Shown here: positions 1 through 12,611 of the stretch, in pieces
Layout: every line of letters begins with the position of its first letter
How positions within the stretch are numbered: position 1 is the stretch's first letter
Assembly (NCBI RefSeq): GCF_037042905.1
Contig: NC_087245.1
Location: forward strand, 3,784,001-3,848,000
DNA from: Lytechinus pictus
Taxonomy: Eukaryota
Length of the DNA: 64,000 nt
Direction: 5' to 3'
Program-made: the position numbers and the translations under genes
The notes under the pieces: model-generated
Told to the model about the DNA's origin: nothing
Databases searched by the model: none
What the model saw: only the letters and a program-made list of their open reading frames with translations

Positions 1-150
1 TCCATAACTGCTTTACTAAACCCCATTTACTATTTGTAGAATTTTGGCAATATCATGTTGGTCTAGCACCACTACAGAATCAGACCGACTAGTATTAGAG
101 AGAATAATTCTTTATTGAGCCTGTTTCATGTGTTTTTCTTTTTTCTCCAG

Positions 151-314
151 GATCACTGATGAATCTTGCCAAGCAGCCTGCCTCTACGGTTCAGATCCTT
201 GGTGCTGAGAAGGCCTTATTCAGAGCACTTAAGACCAAGAAAGACACACCCAAATATGGTCTTATCTATCATGCATCACTGGTTGGTCAAAGCAATCCTA
301 AGAACAAAGGAAAG
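151..314 (+). CDS. NOP58: NOP58 (box C/D snoRNP core protein), internal coding exon; gene starts upstream of the window
   Basis: ctccag acceptor, AAG|gtatga donor. Translates [55 protein letters not shown], the Nop-domain core; [11 protein letters not shown] is NOP58-type. Confidence 0.96.
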
Positions 315-775
315 GTATGAATAATTAGCAATGTTATTACTCTTTGTTCATTGGGGTGGGGCAATTTCAATTTTGTACATCCGACACCCATTTTTTCCCA
401 CTTTCACTTTGTGAACTACTCAATTCATGATACATGTAGAGCATTTAATCTCTTCATTTGAAGCACAAAGTGGAGATGAATCATTCCAGTAAGGTTTTGG
501 ATCTAGATATTGTTAGGAATTGTTCTTGGAAATAAAATCAACTTTAATTATTGGAGTGTCACAGTACACTGCAGGCTCAGTTATAACATCCCATCTTGAT
601 GAATGGGGAGCAAGGTTTTTATCCACTTTAATGCCAACTCCACTTCATCCTTGACTGAATGAAATAATTTCAGTTTTATTGTCCTTTATGATGAAAAAAC
701 AGTGGATGCAGCATTCTTTGTGAGCTTAGTTTCAGAAATACTAACTAAGTTCGGTATGTATGTATATAGGTAGAG

Positions 776-1072
776 ATAATAATAATGTAATAATAATATC
801 GGCATATTTACCCAGGGTAGCCACTTCAGTTCCGAAAACTGTTCTCCCAGCGGGCCCTGCTATTATTATTACCCCGGCTTTACGGCTACCTTGATCGGCG
901 CTCGAGCATTCGAGGAATTTCTTCCTACCGGGTACCCATTCACCTCACCTGGGTCGAGTGCGGCACAATGTGGATAATTTCTTGCCGAAGGAAATTACGC
1001 CATGGCTGGGATTCGAACCCATGACCCTCTGTTTCAAAGTCCGGAGACTAATCCACTGGGCCACAACGCTCC
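776..1072 (-). mobile_element. tRNA-derived SINE with CORE-like central domain
   Basis: Minus strand: A box TGGCCCAGTGG, B box GGTTCGAATCC, central CCCAGGTGAGGTGAATGGGTACC, (TTA)n tail. Second copy at 56424-56676. Confidence 0.85.
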
Positions 1073-1129
1073 ACCGCGTGACACCAGAGATATATATCGA
1101 TTTCACTTCTTTTTTTTTTCAACATATAG

Positions 1130-1264
1130 ATGTCAAGAATGTTAGCAGCCAAGACGTCATTAGCAATCAGATATGATGCTTTAGGGGATGATGCAAGCTG
1201 TGAGCTAGGATTGGAGAGCAGAGCCAAGATTGAATCAAGATTAAGAAGCCTTGAACAAGGAGAA
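1130..1264 (+). CDS. NOP58: NOP58 coding exon
   Basis: tag acceptor, GAA|gtaagt donor; MSRMLAAKTSLAIRYDALG...RLRSLEQGE continues the Nop domain in phase 0. Confidence 0.95.
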
Positions 1265-1696
1265 GTAAGTTCAGTTCATTCGTCAGAGAGTAGAATGTGT
1301 GAGAATTTGTGAAAAATGATGAAAGTTGTCAATTGTAGAAAAAATTGTTTTTAGGATAGAGACACCTTTGATCATGCAAAGAAATTTGTTCATGCCGCCC
1401 ATATTTAAATAAATACCCTCCCAAACTCACTGACACTAATTTGATAAAAACTATGGATTTGTACTCAAAGAAAATAATACAAATGATATACTAAACTCAA
1501 AGAACACTCTTACTGTGTATTTAGATCTATAGTTTAAAACATGTCTTATCTGAACTTTTCTTTGATTTTGTTCCATAAGCACACATAGACACATTAATGC
1601 ACTGTTATACATATGAACACAGTGTTTTTGCTATTAGATTTGTTTCCTGACAATGATGGTTTTGTCATAATCCCAGAAAGCTTTTTTTGTGCCTTT

Positions 1697-1777
1697 TCTG
1701 CCTATGATGTGAACTGTGTACAATCATGATTTGTCTGTGATTATTCTACACAACTTCGTCACTACCTCTGAGGCAGA
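1697..1777 (+). ncRNA. SNORD70: Intronic box C/D snoRNA, SNORD70-like (guide for 18S rRNA Am512-equivalent)
   Basis: Terminal stem TCTGCC (1697-1702)/GGCAGA (1772-1777); box C ATGATGT (1704-1710); box D CTGA (1768-1771). The 13-nt guide TTCGTCACTACCT is complementary to conserved 18S AGGUAGUGACGAA. Vertebrate SNORD70 is also hosted by NOP58. Confidence 0.9.
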
Positions 1778-1994
1778 TATGAAGGTCACATAATAAACAA
1801 TTGCTCAAAAATAAATATTGGTCCATTGAATAAACATTCAGTTGATAGTAAATTTGTAGATCATGTCTATTTGAGTACCTTAATTTCAATCCCGACCCTC
1901 TCTTGGCCGTATATGCAAGTATTTGCGTATATTGTAGTTACCATTACCTTTCTTTCCCTGAGTTGTTATACCTCTGAATTCATTCTACTCCCAG

Positions 1995-2247
1995 GAAAGA
2001 CGGATTTCAGGGACAGGGAAAGCCAAGGCCAAGTTTGAGAAATACCAGCACAAGAGTGAGGTCGTGACCTATGACCCTGGTATGGACTCCACTCTACCGT
2101 CTGTTCCTAAGAAAAGAAAGATAGAAGAACTAAATGGAGATGATGATGGAGAGGAGACCACGGCACCACCAGAAAAGAAGAAGAAAAAGAAGAAGAGGGT
2201 CTCAGAATCAGAAGAAGTTGTAAAGCAAGAATCAGAGGAGGAAATAG
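1995..2247 (+). CDS. NOP58: NOP58 coding exon (start of K/E-rich tail)
   Basis: cccag acceptor, G|gtaagg donor; ERRISGTGKAKAKFEKYQHKSEV...PKKRKIEE...KKKKKKK. Confidence 0.93.
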
Positions 2248-2694
2248 GTAAGGCAAACATCAAGATTAAACTCTGTACTCTTTATCAAATTCACCATATT
2301 ACATTGATTCTACTTTAAGAGTACCTGCCTTGCATTGGTTATTATCCTAAGCTTGTAATGTTGTGTTTTTTTCATTCCCTTCTTGTCATCAGAAATTTCA
2401 TGAAAAAGTTAATAATTTGTATCAATAAAACAATTGGCCTTTTGTTGATTTGGGGGAGGGGGGGGGGCTCTCCGGTTCAAGGCATGAATGTGAAAGCCAG
2501 ACAGAAACAATATTTTGATTGAGAATTTAGAACTGTGCATATGAATCATTTCAACTTGAGATATTAGCTTTAGAATATCTTGTTACATACCAAAAGTTGT
2601 TATAAATGAATTTCTCATTTGATTCATGTTCATTCATGGCAAGAATGAAAAATGACAATCCTGTAATCTAATTAATCTCATTCATGATATTCAT

Positions 2695-3043
2695 CTCGCC
2701 TGCATAGCAGAGCGAGAATATAGGCGCCGCTTTTCCTACTGCGACAAGGCCTCATCAACATTGAAATCTTAACCAAGATTAAGATTTTGAAATGTCATCA
2801 GAACTTAGAAGTACATGGACCTAGTTCATGAAACTTGGACATAAGGTTAAGCAAGTATTACTGAACATCTTGCTTGAGTTTCAGGTCACATGACTAAGAT
2901 CAAAGGTCATTTAGGGTCAATGAACATGGTATTTTATTATCATACGAATGGTGTTTTTTATTTATTATTCAATAGTTAATTTTAAAGTCAGCTATGTTGA
3001 ATCATGTGATGCAGGTGAGAGTGCCAGAAGCATTCCATTTGTT
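2695..3043 (+). mobile_element. Short Helentron-like (HINE/Tsp-type) interspersed element
   Basis: Same ends (CTCGCCTGCATAGCAGAGCGAG ... GCAGGYRARASTGCCAGARGCRTTCCAYTTGTT) as the copies at 38436 and 58112; one internal repeat unit. Confidence 0.7.
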
Positions 3044-3110
3044 TGAAATTATATCTGCAGTTATTTATGATTGTCTGTTACATCATCTTGGTATTATTCA
3101 CTCTTTTCAG

Positions 3111-3277
3111 TTCCTGAACCATCATCAGAGAAGAAGAAAAAGAAAAAGAAACATCAAGAAGTGAAAGAAGAGCCAGAAGAAGAAGAAGTAGTTGAACCAG
3201 AGATAAAGAAGAAAAAGAAGAAGAAACATCAGGAAGTGAAAGTAGAACCAGAAGAAGAAGTTATTGAACCAGAAACA
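3111..3277 (+). CDS. NOP58: NOP58 coding exon (duplicated KKE module)
   Basis: ttttcag acceptor, ACA|gtaagt donor; phases fit the neighbouring exons (1 in, 0 out); poly-K/E sequence. Confidence 0.88.
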
Positions 3278-3841
3278 GTAAGTACACATTGACCCATATA
3301 TGTTTTTAGTTGTTAATTTCTGCTTACACAACACTTTATTTACTTGACTAAGTTTGAAATAAATAATTAACAGAGGATTCTCACATAGATTTTGACTGGT
3401 TAGTTTGGTGAAACTTGTGAGAGGCCATTTTTAATGTTGACATCTCATGGGCCAAAGCTTTACCTAATATAGTTTACAACACTTTAGACAGGCTTTCAGC
3501 CACTTCAAATTAATTCTTAATTGTCTTAATTTTTATTCTTTGTGAAGGACACAGTTAATTTTACACTATATAGTTCATATACATCATTGTCATTACGATT
3601 AGTGCAAATTCAGTAAGGTGAATACTGTTATCATAATTTTCCTAAAGGCAAATATATTAGGACCTCAGAAATCTGTTCAACTTGGGAAAAGTTCAAATTA
3701 GAAGAGGTATAAACCTTGTTTTGCATAATCTGGTTGAATCCTTAGACTGGCAAATATTCAACTTGTGCAATATAATATATATGGTTTAATGGAAAGTAAA
3801 TGCTCCATGCACCAACAGTCTGCTATAGTGCTCTTCTTTAA

Positions 3842-4613
3842 CCCTAACTAGGCCGGGCTTTTTGGGCTGTTCTATGGCGGGGGGGGGGTTGATTCAACCC
3901 CCCCTGAGATCTCGGCCGCCAATCGCGCGAGCGCCGCAAAAATTTGCACGCTGGTAGTGTGCGATGTAATCTACAAGGCTGCATAGTAAAATTTTCCAAA
4001 ATAATGAGATTTTATTTTATATGAATTAATTATGCTAATTTATGCATAAATCATACTTTTTGCTCTAATTCACTAAATAAAGCTCCTAGAATGCTAATTT
4101 TTGGTAAAAATATTATTTGTAGCATCCTTAACGATGGCAATTGAAAAAAACTTCGGTTAGGAAATCAATTTCTTATGTATTTTATTGTTTTATGAATTTC
4201 TTATGTATTTCTTTGTTTTTCAACCTTTTGTTTTTCTTTGTTTTTTTCACCAGATTTATTGCACAATCTTTTTGAAGCATAATTATGCTAAAATCAATTG
4301 CTTTCAGCTGTTTAAAGTAAAAATAATCATATCTTAATGAATAAGATGAGAAAACTCAATTTGCATTGACTTTGTACACAAAATCACGTTTTGGAACAAT
4401 TTTTGGTCTGTCATGCACTGATGCACTTACAAAATGTTGCGTAATTTCGGAACCGCATACCCGGGCGTCGTAAATTTGGTCTCAAAAGATGCGCAAGACT
4501 TAAAAGTATAAACTCCGCGAATGGCGTGGTCAAAAAAATCCGCGCGGCGGAACGATCGCAGAAAATGTTGAGGGGGATAATTCAACCCCCCCCCCCCCCC
4601 GGCCATTTTAGGG
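3842..4613. mobile_element. piggyBac-like MITE
   Basis: CCCT...AGGG termini flanked by TTAA (3838-3841, 4614-4617). Homologous copy in opposite orientation at 29011-29777. Confidence 0.85.
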
Positions 4614-4714
4614 TTAACTTGAAATTGTATATTCTTATCATTTATCAACTCTGAAACATGATTATTAAAGTATTATCGTATAATCCAATTTCCTTTTACT
4701 TTAACTTCCTGCAG

Positions 4715-4774
4715 CCGAGTTCAGAAAAGAAGAAAAAGAAGAAGAAAAGGAAAAGTGTAGCAGAAGACGACTGA
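4715..4774 (+). CDS. NOP58: NOP58 terminal coding exon
   Basis: cctgcag acceptor; PSSEKKKKKKKRKSVAEDD-TGA; candidate poly(A) signal AATAAA at 5532-5537. Confidence 0.88.
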   Translation, partial: PSSEKKKKKKKRKSVAEDD

Positions 4775-7576
4775 AAGCTGAATGATAAAATTCAGAATTT
4801 TTATTGGAGGTCCTATCATATTCTTTGAGCACTTTCATTCTGTAATTATCAACATATATGGACAGCATAAATGTGGCCAGCTTTTTTTTTTCAAAGCTTC
4901 AAATATGACCAGACACAGTTACAATGCTCTGTATGTAATTCTTCATGAAAAGTGTAATTTCTACACAAAAATTGATTGTTTCATCATTTTAGGTTAATGC
5001 ATATTAGTTTTATGAAACTGCTTCTGCACTTTAACCTTGATTCCATCGCAAAGAATGCAATTCAATGTATCTGGGCCCTGTTTCATAAACCATGTAGAAC
5101 TTAAATCATGTAATTTGATTGGCCAAGAGAAAATTTGTTGTAGATTATCGCATTTGTAATTTCAAATTTCATGAAACATGGCCCACTTATGCTGCATTGT
5201 CAAGTGTTGATTACAGATTACTGTCTTTTAAGATGTCTGTCTGGAGTCATCAATTTGGAGCTTTAACAGCTGTTTGTGTTTTGAGGCTTGAAGCAGCTTG
5301 AGCATAGTTTAAATGTAAGCAAGTTAATACCAATTATGTATCAATCAGCAGCAAAACAAAACAGTAGGTTCCCGGAGGCCACTGTTTCCACAGCCATATG
5401 TCAAAGATATTTTCAGTATTCACTAAATTATGTTATGATTCTGGTATGATTTTATGTGTAGTGGTGGCCAGAGGGCATGGAGACAAATGGAAATTTTTTA
5501 AGCTTCCAGTTAACTCAGTTTGCCAAAGGTAAATAAATGTATTTAAAAACTTTTATCAAGTTCAAATGCCCAAGTGCTTCTTAGAATATTTGTACATATT
5601 TCATTGTTTATTTCTTCTCTTTTTAGTAAAAAAAAGCAAAGAATTCCCATCTTATCTTTATTTTATTTAAAATATGCTTGTTCAGTCCTTCAGTGTAAAA
5701 GGTTGAATTTCCTTGCTTTGATATATTGTGATGAACAACCAGTAGAATTCAACACAACCTTATAATCCTGTAGGAACAATTGATCAGACAGACCAGGTAA
5801 ATTGACTTACAATGCTGGATTTCTTCTTTAATCTTGGCAACATTGTAATTACCAGTAAATGATATGTCATTTTATGATTATACAGTAGTTGAAATTCTTA
5901 TGACATACAATTAACTTTGTAACATCCATCATTTATATATTTTATATTATAACATGGTATAATGATTTCCTTCTTAAATGAAAATGGCAAAGAAAGTTTG
6001 ATTTGTCTTAAATCTAGCAAGATTACTTTTATTCAGTTGATCATGATAAATGCTTTCACTTTAACCAGGATTATCCTTCAATTTATTTCATCTTTTATAA
6101 TCAATATGAACTTGATGTAGTTGAGTTTCATTACACCAGCACTATAAATAGTACGTAGGCATACTATAATGATTAAATCCTCCAAATATTTTCTGTTCCT
6201 CTGTCGTCACAATGGAGGGAGCAAACAAAATGTAAGTTCCTGATTTCGTTATTGATTTTACAAACTGGTACAAATACAATTTAAAGATGACCGTGTTCAA
6301 AGTTTTGGTAATTTTCTGATGCTCCTAATTTTGCACTTTGGAAGAAACCAGAGCAACTATTTATACCAATTTAAAGCATACATTCTATCCTTTCATGAAA
6401 TGCAAAATATTGTCCACAATTTGAATATATTCTTCTATTTAATATTTGAAATGAGGCGCCAAGATTCATTTCAGAAACTGCTAAAAGAAATTATGAAAAA
6501 CGGGGTTTAGGTCACTTTGTAAAATCATGTGTATCATGTGCAGTATTTTCAGCTGCACAAACTACGGTTTGTCCTAGTTCGTAAAATCATTAAATGCATA
6601 CGTGCAGCATACGCGCAATATCTAAGTTGGGTTATTGACCTCTGTGCGCCATTCAGGAGACTGCTTCGGTACAGAAAGAATGGGTTGTTCCACTTCGTAA
6701 AATCAAAGGAGGGGTATTTGTCGTTTCGTGCAAAATTGAAATTGCTCTCGATGTTTTTATAATACGACTTTGGATCTGAAATTTTGTCATTCTGGAGAGT
6801 TTATGACAGGCTTTCAGAATATGCAAAAAACTCATTTAAAAAAAATTTGACCAAATATTCGGTTTATGCCGGTTCATAAAATCACTGACGTTTTACCATC
6901 ATAATTGGTGTGGTAAACCAAAGAATGTCTTTTTATTGATATCCTGTAAAATAAGGTGAATATGCATATAACAATATCCATATGGCGTACAATGGTTCAT
7001 CTTATAAAGAGTTTTGATGGATTAAAATCAAACTATAATTGTGATTGCTATAAGTCCTTTTAACTATGTCAATTTAGATCAATCGCAATTTTAGTTTGAT
7101 TTGTATTTATCAAAACTAAAGATAGTCAGGCCCCAGTTGTACTATTTTTACATTATAGTTTATGGAAATTAAAGGATTTTTTTACTTGATACTAAAGGAC
7201 AATGCAATGAGAAGCTGTGCATTTTCATCCCATTTTACTATTTTCTTAGTGACAAAGAATGCTCATTATTTTGGATAAGTGAGTATGATTATTGCTCACC
7301 TGAGGAAAAGGGACTTGTTGTACTGATAACTGTTTACTAATAATCAATTTATTCAACCATGTAATGTGTTTTCCACATTCCCCATTCATTGTCTCATTTT
7401 GAAGAAAAGAGAAGGAAGTTTTATGATTGATCGCTTCCTTGTACATTACATTGAATCTGGAATTATGTTTTTATTAAAATCATATCTTTGTATAAAGCAT
7501 TCATGAAGGATTCGTGTCTATTATTGGATCTTGATGTTGTACTAAATACATATATGCAGCCACAGGGCTATTGTTA

Positions 7577-8218
7577 TGTTGTCGTTGGATCTAATGCTCT
7601 TTTATTTTCAACCAGCATAAAATAAACGAAGCAATACAAAGCATGTACAGTTCATATATACATTTATTGAAGATTATAAATAAGTTGATGATGATGACAA
7701 ATAATACACGAGTAAGTCTGATGGTGACTACTTTGAAGATGAAGATAAATTCTGCAGTATAAAATATAAACTCTTCTGTAGCTCTAAAACTCGATCTCCA
7801 ATCTGACTTGGTTCAGAAGTGACCTTTTATATTGGTCTGGTCAAGACTCTCTACAGCAAACAGGTGTTGGTCAACCTTGGACTTGACCAAAGCAATCTGT
7901 ACGTCACCTGTTTGGCTGTAGAGTCTTGACCAGATCAATATAAAAGGAGTTCACTTCTGAACCCAACTGAGATTACCTTAGAGATTGTTCCAGCATGCAG
8001 ATCAGATTAGAGATAGAGCTATAGAAGAGTTTATATTTTATACTGCAGAGTTTATCTTCATCTTCAGAGTACAATCACCATCAGACTACTCATGTATTCA
8101 TCATCATCAAGTAACCATCTTTAATAAATGTGTATATAAACTGTGCATCCTGCATTGTTTTGTCTTCATTTAAGTCTGGTCGAAAGCAATTAAAAGTGCA
8201 TTAGATCCATTGACAACA
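7577..8218. repeat. Foldback element (long imperfect inverted repeat)
   Basis: TGTTGTC...GACAACA termini; arms of roughly 300 bp are reverse complements centred near 7880. Confidence 0.75.
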
Positions 8219-8434
8219 CTATTTTCATTCAGTGGTTAATTGGTATTTTGTATTGAAGCTAGGTTGCAATTTAAATGGCCACTGTGATTGTAATGTGCCT
8301 TTAATTTTCATTCAATGTTGCAGTATTCTAGTGATCAAGCCATCAACCTCTCTCCTGCCATTTTTCCCCAGGAATTGAGATCCCTGTAGAAAAAGTAAAA
8401 ATATTCTTGAGGATTGCAAAATATACATCACCCT

Positions 8435-8892
8435 CAATAGACCAGTTCGTAGTTACTCATGGACAATTTTCGGTCAAATGACCTTTCTTTCTTTCTTTAT
8501 GATAGGCAGATTTCAAAGCAAAATATCACGTAAGCTTGCCTTACATAGCAGGATGAAGAAATTGAATAGACCAGGTGACTAGAATAGCACACCAATGAAC
8601 ACTTTATGAAGGTATTTGTTGCATTCCTATACTTTGAATGCATATCATAGCATGTTGCACAATGTACTTGGCAAACTGTGAAAACCAGTCGTTCGTGGAC
8701 GCGTTGTTGTTTTTTGTGGATGTAAATGAAAACCACAATTCAAAATAATATATGAATAATCAAGACATCAAAGTTGGTGCTTATCTCATTAGATTTTAAA
8801 CCACCATGTCACTTTAGTACAAATGACCTTCCTCTGATCATGCGTAGAATCTTTTGATCATGCGCAGAAAGGAACTACGAACTGGCTTATTG
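8435..8892. mobile_element. MITE with TIR CAATAGACCAGTTCGTAGTT
   Basis: Inverted termini; a related, interrupted element lies at about 15478-16953. Confidence 0.6.
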
Positions 8893-9087
8893 CTTGGCCG
8901 TCCCTTCAATTGGTTTTTACAGTGCACAATGCAGAGGCTGAAGTAGGAGACTAGATTTACTCATGTGCTGTTGTGCTTCAACCAAATTATGTGACACACA
9001 ATGAGGGCTTGGAGAGTTGGAGTCTAGTCTCAACCCATAGAGATGTATACTAATAATTATACATCTCTATTATGTCTCAAACCTAAA

Positions 9088-12000
9088 ACGGGCGGATCCA
9101 GCCTTCGCCAATATTTTTTTTCAGCCACATTTTTCCCGATCGGCCGCTCGAAGTTGATTTTGTTTGTCTTGAAGGGGTAGTCCTAATAGGGACTTCTCTA
9201 AGCTTTATTCTTATAAATCAACATAAATGTATAATAATCTCATAAGCCTTATTTAAATAGTGCGAGCGCGAAGCGCGGTCTATTTTTTTATTTATTTCAT
9301 GTATATTGCCTTAAAATCTAACATTCCGGGCAATGTTTGTGATCCTAAACGAGGTGTGTATCCAACTAAATAATTTGTAATATACGTTTTGATCTGATAA
9401 AAAAAAAGATCTTTTAATGGCTGCTTGCAGTTAGCCATGAAGACGTTATACTTCAACAATCAAATAATGCAAGCGTGAAGCGCGAGCTGAAAATTTTGAC
9501 ATTTTTCTACTGATTGATTGATTGATTGATTGATTTTATTCGGCAAGTCACCACAACATATTATATACAGTAGCATTAAAAACAACAGGCTTGCACAGAA
9601 TGACCCACGAAAGCTCGAAAGCTTATTTCCAGTGGGGTCCTCGACATATAGAATTAAGATAATAAAATGGTAAAGTTATACTATTTATATATTTAAAAAA
9701 TGAAGAAAAAAATCAGAATTTACTATTTCCAATAAATAAGATATAGAGATAATAATATAACGAAGAAGAAGAAGAAAAGAAAGGAGGAGGAGGAATAGAA
9801 GAAGAAAGGGGAGGAGGAGAAGGAGAATTACGGAAGAAAAGGGTGAGGAAGAAAAAGAATAAGGAGAAGAACAACAGCAAAAAGAGCGACAACAACACGA
9901 AGAGGAGAATAGAAGGAAGAGAGAAAAGAAATAGAAGAAAGGACATATCGAAACTTCAATCACACTATGTAAAATAAATAATAATACCTGGCAGAGAAGA
10001 GAAAAGAACGTGGTCCGTATTCAGGCTAAATCAACCGTATAACATATAATTTGCATCTTCTCTTTGACTCTCAAGTGAAAGATATTCTTTCAATTTCCTC
10101 TTAAAATGCAAAAACTTTCCTATTTCCTTTATATCATTGGGAAGAGAATTCCAATGTTTTTTAGCATTGTAATAAAAGGAGTAACCAATACTACCTACCC
10201 TTTCTGGTAAGCAAAAGTTGAAATGGCTGTTTCTTGTATTACAGTTATGTAATTCGGTAACTAGATTAAAGTTTGATCCAATATAATGATTCGATCTATT
10301 GTGATAGATTTTATGCACGTGGTGCAAATAAGCTCTTTTGATCTTTTGTTGACTTCAAGAAAACCTGCTCCAGAGAGTTCGATGTAGCCAACATGGGTTC
10401 TGGGACCAGAACAGTTAATGAATCTAACCATTTTATTCTGTTAAATTTTCAACTTCTTTTTATCGAGTTTGCTTATGCCACTAAACCAAGCAGGGTTAGC
10501 ATAGTCAAATAAACTCTGAATAAGAGCAAAACAGAGAATACGCCTTGCTTTCTGATCCATACAACTTTGATATCTGTACAAAAATTTCAAACGGGCATTC
10601 GCCTTTTTTACGATTGATTGTACTAAAGATGAAAATGAGAGGGAGCTGGTCAGCTCAATGCCTGAATACTTTACAGATTCTTTCCTCTGAATTATCTTAT
10701 TATTGTATAATACTTCGAATTCAAATGAAGTTTTATAATTACTTTTAGAACAAAACAGAATGCTCTCGGTTTTGCCTAAGTGTAACGATAATCTATTATC
10801 AGTCATCCAATCGACACATATGTAGACAGCTGTTCGCTAAGTTTTTCCTGAACAAATTTTACCTAAAGAATGGAAATTCTAAGCACTTTTTGTAATCGTG
10901 AAAAGGATAAATGATAACAATTCATGCGAGCGCGAAGAGATTTACACATAAAATGAGACACCCTATTCATGTTTTGTAAATCATGAAAAGGATGATTAAT
11001 TGGAAATCTTCCTACATTAATAATGCGAGCACAAAGCGCGAGTAGAAAATTATTGATATTGTGATCTGAAACTGGATAATGATTTGAATAGAGAACAAGC
11101 TGCGTATCTGATTCTGAATAAACACGCGCGCGCGTGTTTCAGATTTCGACCTAGAATCTGGGCATTCTAAAATATACATTTTTTATCATCACAAAAGCGA
11201 GCGCGAAGCGCGGGCTTATAACATTTGATATTCCGCTCTGAAAAAGGGTCAATTCAAGCTCTGTATTTGAAGGACTTTGTAGGAAAATTGTGAGGTGGAT
11301 TTCGACCTAGAATCTGGGCATTCTAAAATATACCTTTTTTTATCATCAGAAAAGCGAGCGCGAAGCGTGGGCTTAAAACATTTGATATTCCGCTCTGAAA
11401 AAGGGTCAATTCAAGCTCTATATTTAAAGGACTTTGTAGGAAAATTGTGAGGTGGATATAGATCACAGTATAAAAAGTGCTGAAATGTTTCATTATTATT
11501 ACATTGAGTTTTGACATAGGACTGGGACATTTTAAGAACATTTAATATGTCATCATATGATAATGATTACTATATTCCTATTTCTCTTCCTAAGCGCGAG
11601 ATGAAACTTGTTGATATTACATTCTGAAAAGGGACAATTTGATTATTAAATTAATATCTTATTTATTAATCTAATAAGCCCAATGAAAGCGCGAAATCTG
11701 TTAATATTATAGCCTGAAATCTAGACATTTAAAGCACTTTTGTATTATGAATAAGATGCATGAGTTAATATATTTTCAATAATCAATGCGAGCGCAAATC
11801 GCGAGCCGAAATTTTTTATAAACTGTCATGAAATGGGGATTTTAAGTACCGGTATATAGAATTAATATTGAGATACATAACTGTTCTGACAATCTGACCT
11901 GAATAGTTTTTTGAGAACTTTATGGAATACAGGAAAACAATAGGTACCTGACAAATCATATTTTGCGAGCGCGCAGCACGAGCAAAAAATGTCAATATTC

Positions 12001-12408
12001 AGACCATAAAACATAGATTTTTACAGAGCACTTTTTGAAAATCAATTTTGTCAATCAGACAAAATAATGAAAGTTCGATTTCCGAGCTGAAATATGTTTT
12101 GTATATTGACTTCCAAATTTGATATTTTAAGCTCCATATTGAGCAAGATATGTAAATCACCTAAAAGGTAATGCGAGCGCGAAGCGCGAGCGAAAATTTT
12201 ATATAGTGACATGAAATATTAAAAAAAAAAATTTTTCCAAGTCTACCCCTCATCGTATATTATTCACACGTCTCTCCCTCCCATGTTTACCCTTCTTTTT
12301 CCCCCTCTCTTTTCCCTTTTTTTTTCTTTCTTTCCTTTTTTTCTTTGTTTTTCTCCGCCACTAGGGGGGGGGTCCGGGCCCCTCGCCCCCTCCCGCGATC
12401 CGCCTATG
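9088..12408. mobile_element. Large non-autonomous element with GGCGGATCC/GATCCGCC termini and internal GCGAGCGCGAAGCGCG repeats
   Basis: Inverted termini and many degenerate GCGAGCGCGAAGCGCG motifs; interrupted by a LINE fragment. Related sequence at about 31750-33640 and 48880-49170. Confidence 0.6.
9511..10857 (-). mobile_element. 5'-truncated CR1/L2-group LINE fragment (RT C-terminus and 3' UTR)
   Basis: ORFs 10441-10806 and 10031-10327 (NRLSLHLGKTESILF, SLFDYANPAW, KHWNSLPNDIK); (ATCA)n tail at 9511-9535. Confidence 0.88.
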
Positions 12409-12459
12409 CTAGAATGGAATGATTAAAGTGTAAAATTTAAGTCTGTGTTTGCAGACTAG

Positions 12460-12611
12460 TCGCCCCTGGACGGTCGCATCATGTGACGAGGCACGTGACC
12501 TTCAATCAGATGTTACCGGCCGACCGAACTGAAAAACCTCTCCGATTTTTTGTCTTCATCCATTTGATATACATGTATTCAATGGAAGGATAGTAGTGGT
12601 GAGAAGTAAGT
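12460..12611 (+). promoter_or_regulatory. Probable promoter and non-coding first exon of AIFM2/FSP1
   Basis: CpG-rich patch with CACGTG E-box, followed by strong donor GAA|GTAAGT at 12605/12606. The AIFM2 ATG exon begins with an acceptor (ctgcag|ATCATG), so an upstream exon is expected. Confidence 0.5.

Noticed and set aside
151..314. NOP56 or PRPF31 assignment
   Set aside because: The [11 protein letters not shown] and MSRMLAAKTSLAIRYDA sequences, plus the hosted SNORD70, indicate NOP58.
688..760. Perfect box C (ATGATGA) in the first NOP58 intron shown
   Set aside because: No downstream CTGA with a terminal stem, and no recognisable guide.
9685..9963. Hydrophobic low-complexity ORFs
   Set aside because: Purine/pyrimidine simple repeat in a LINE 3' UTR.
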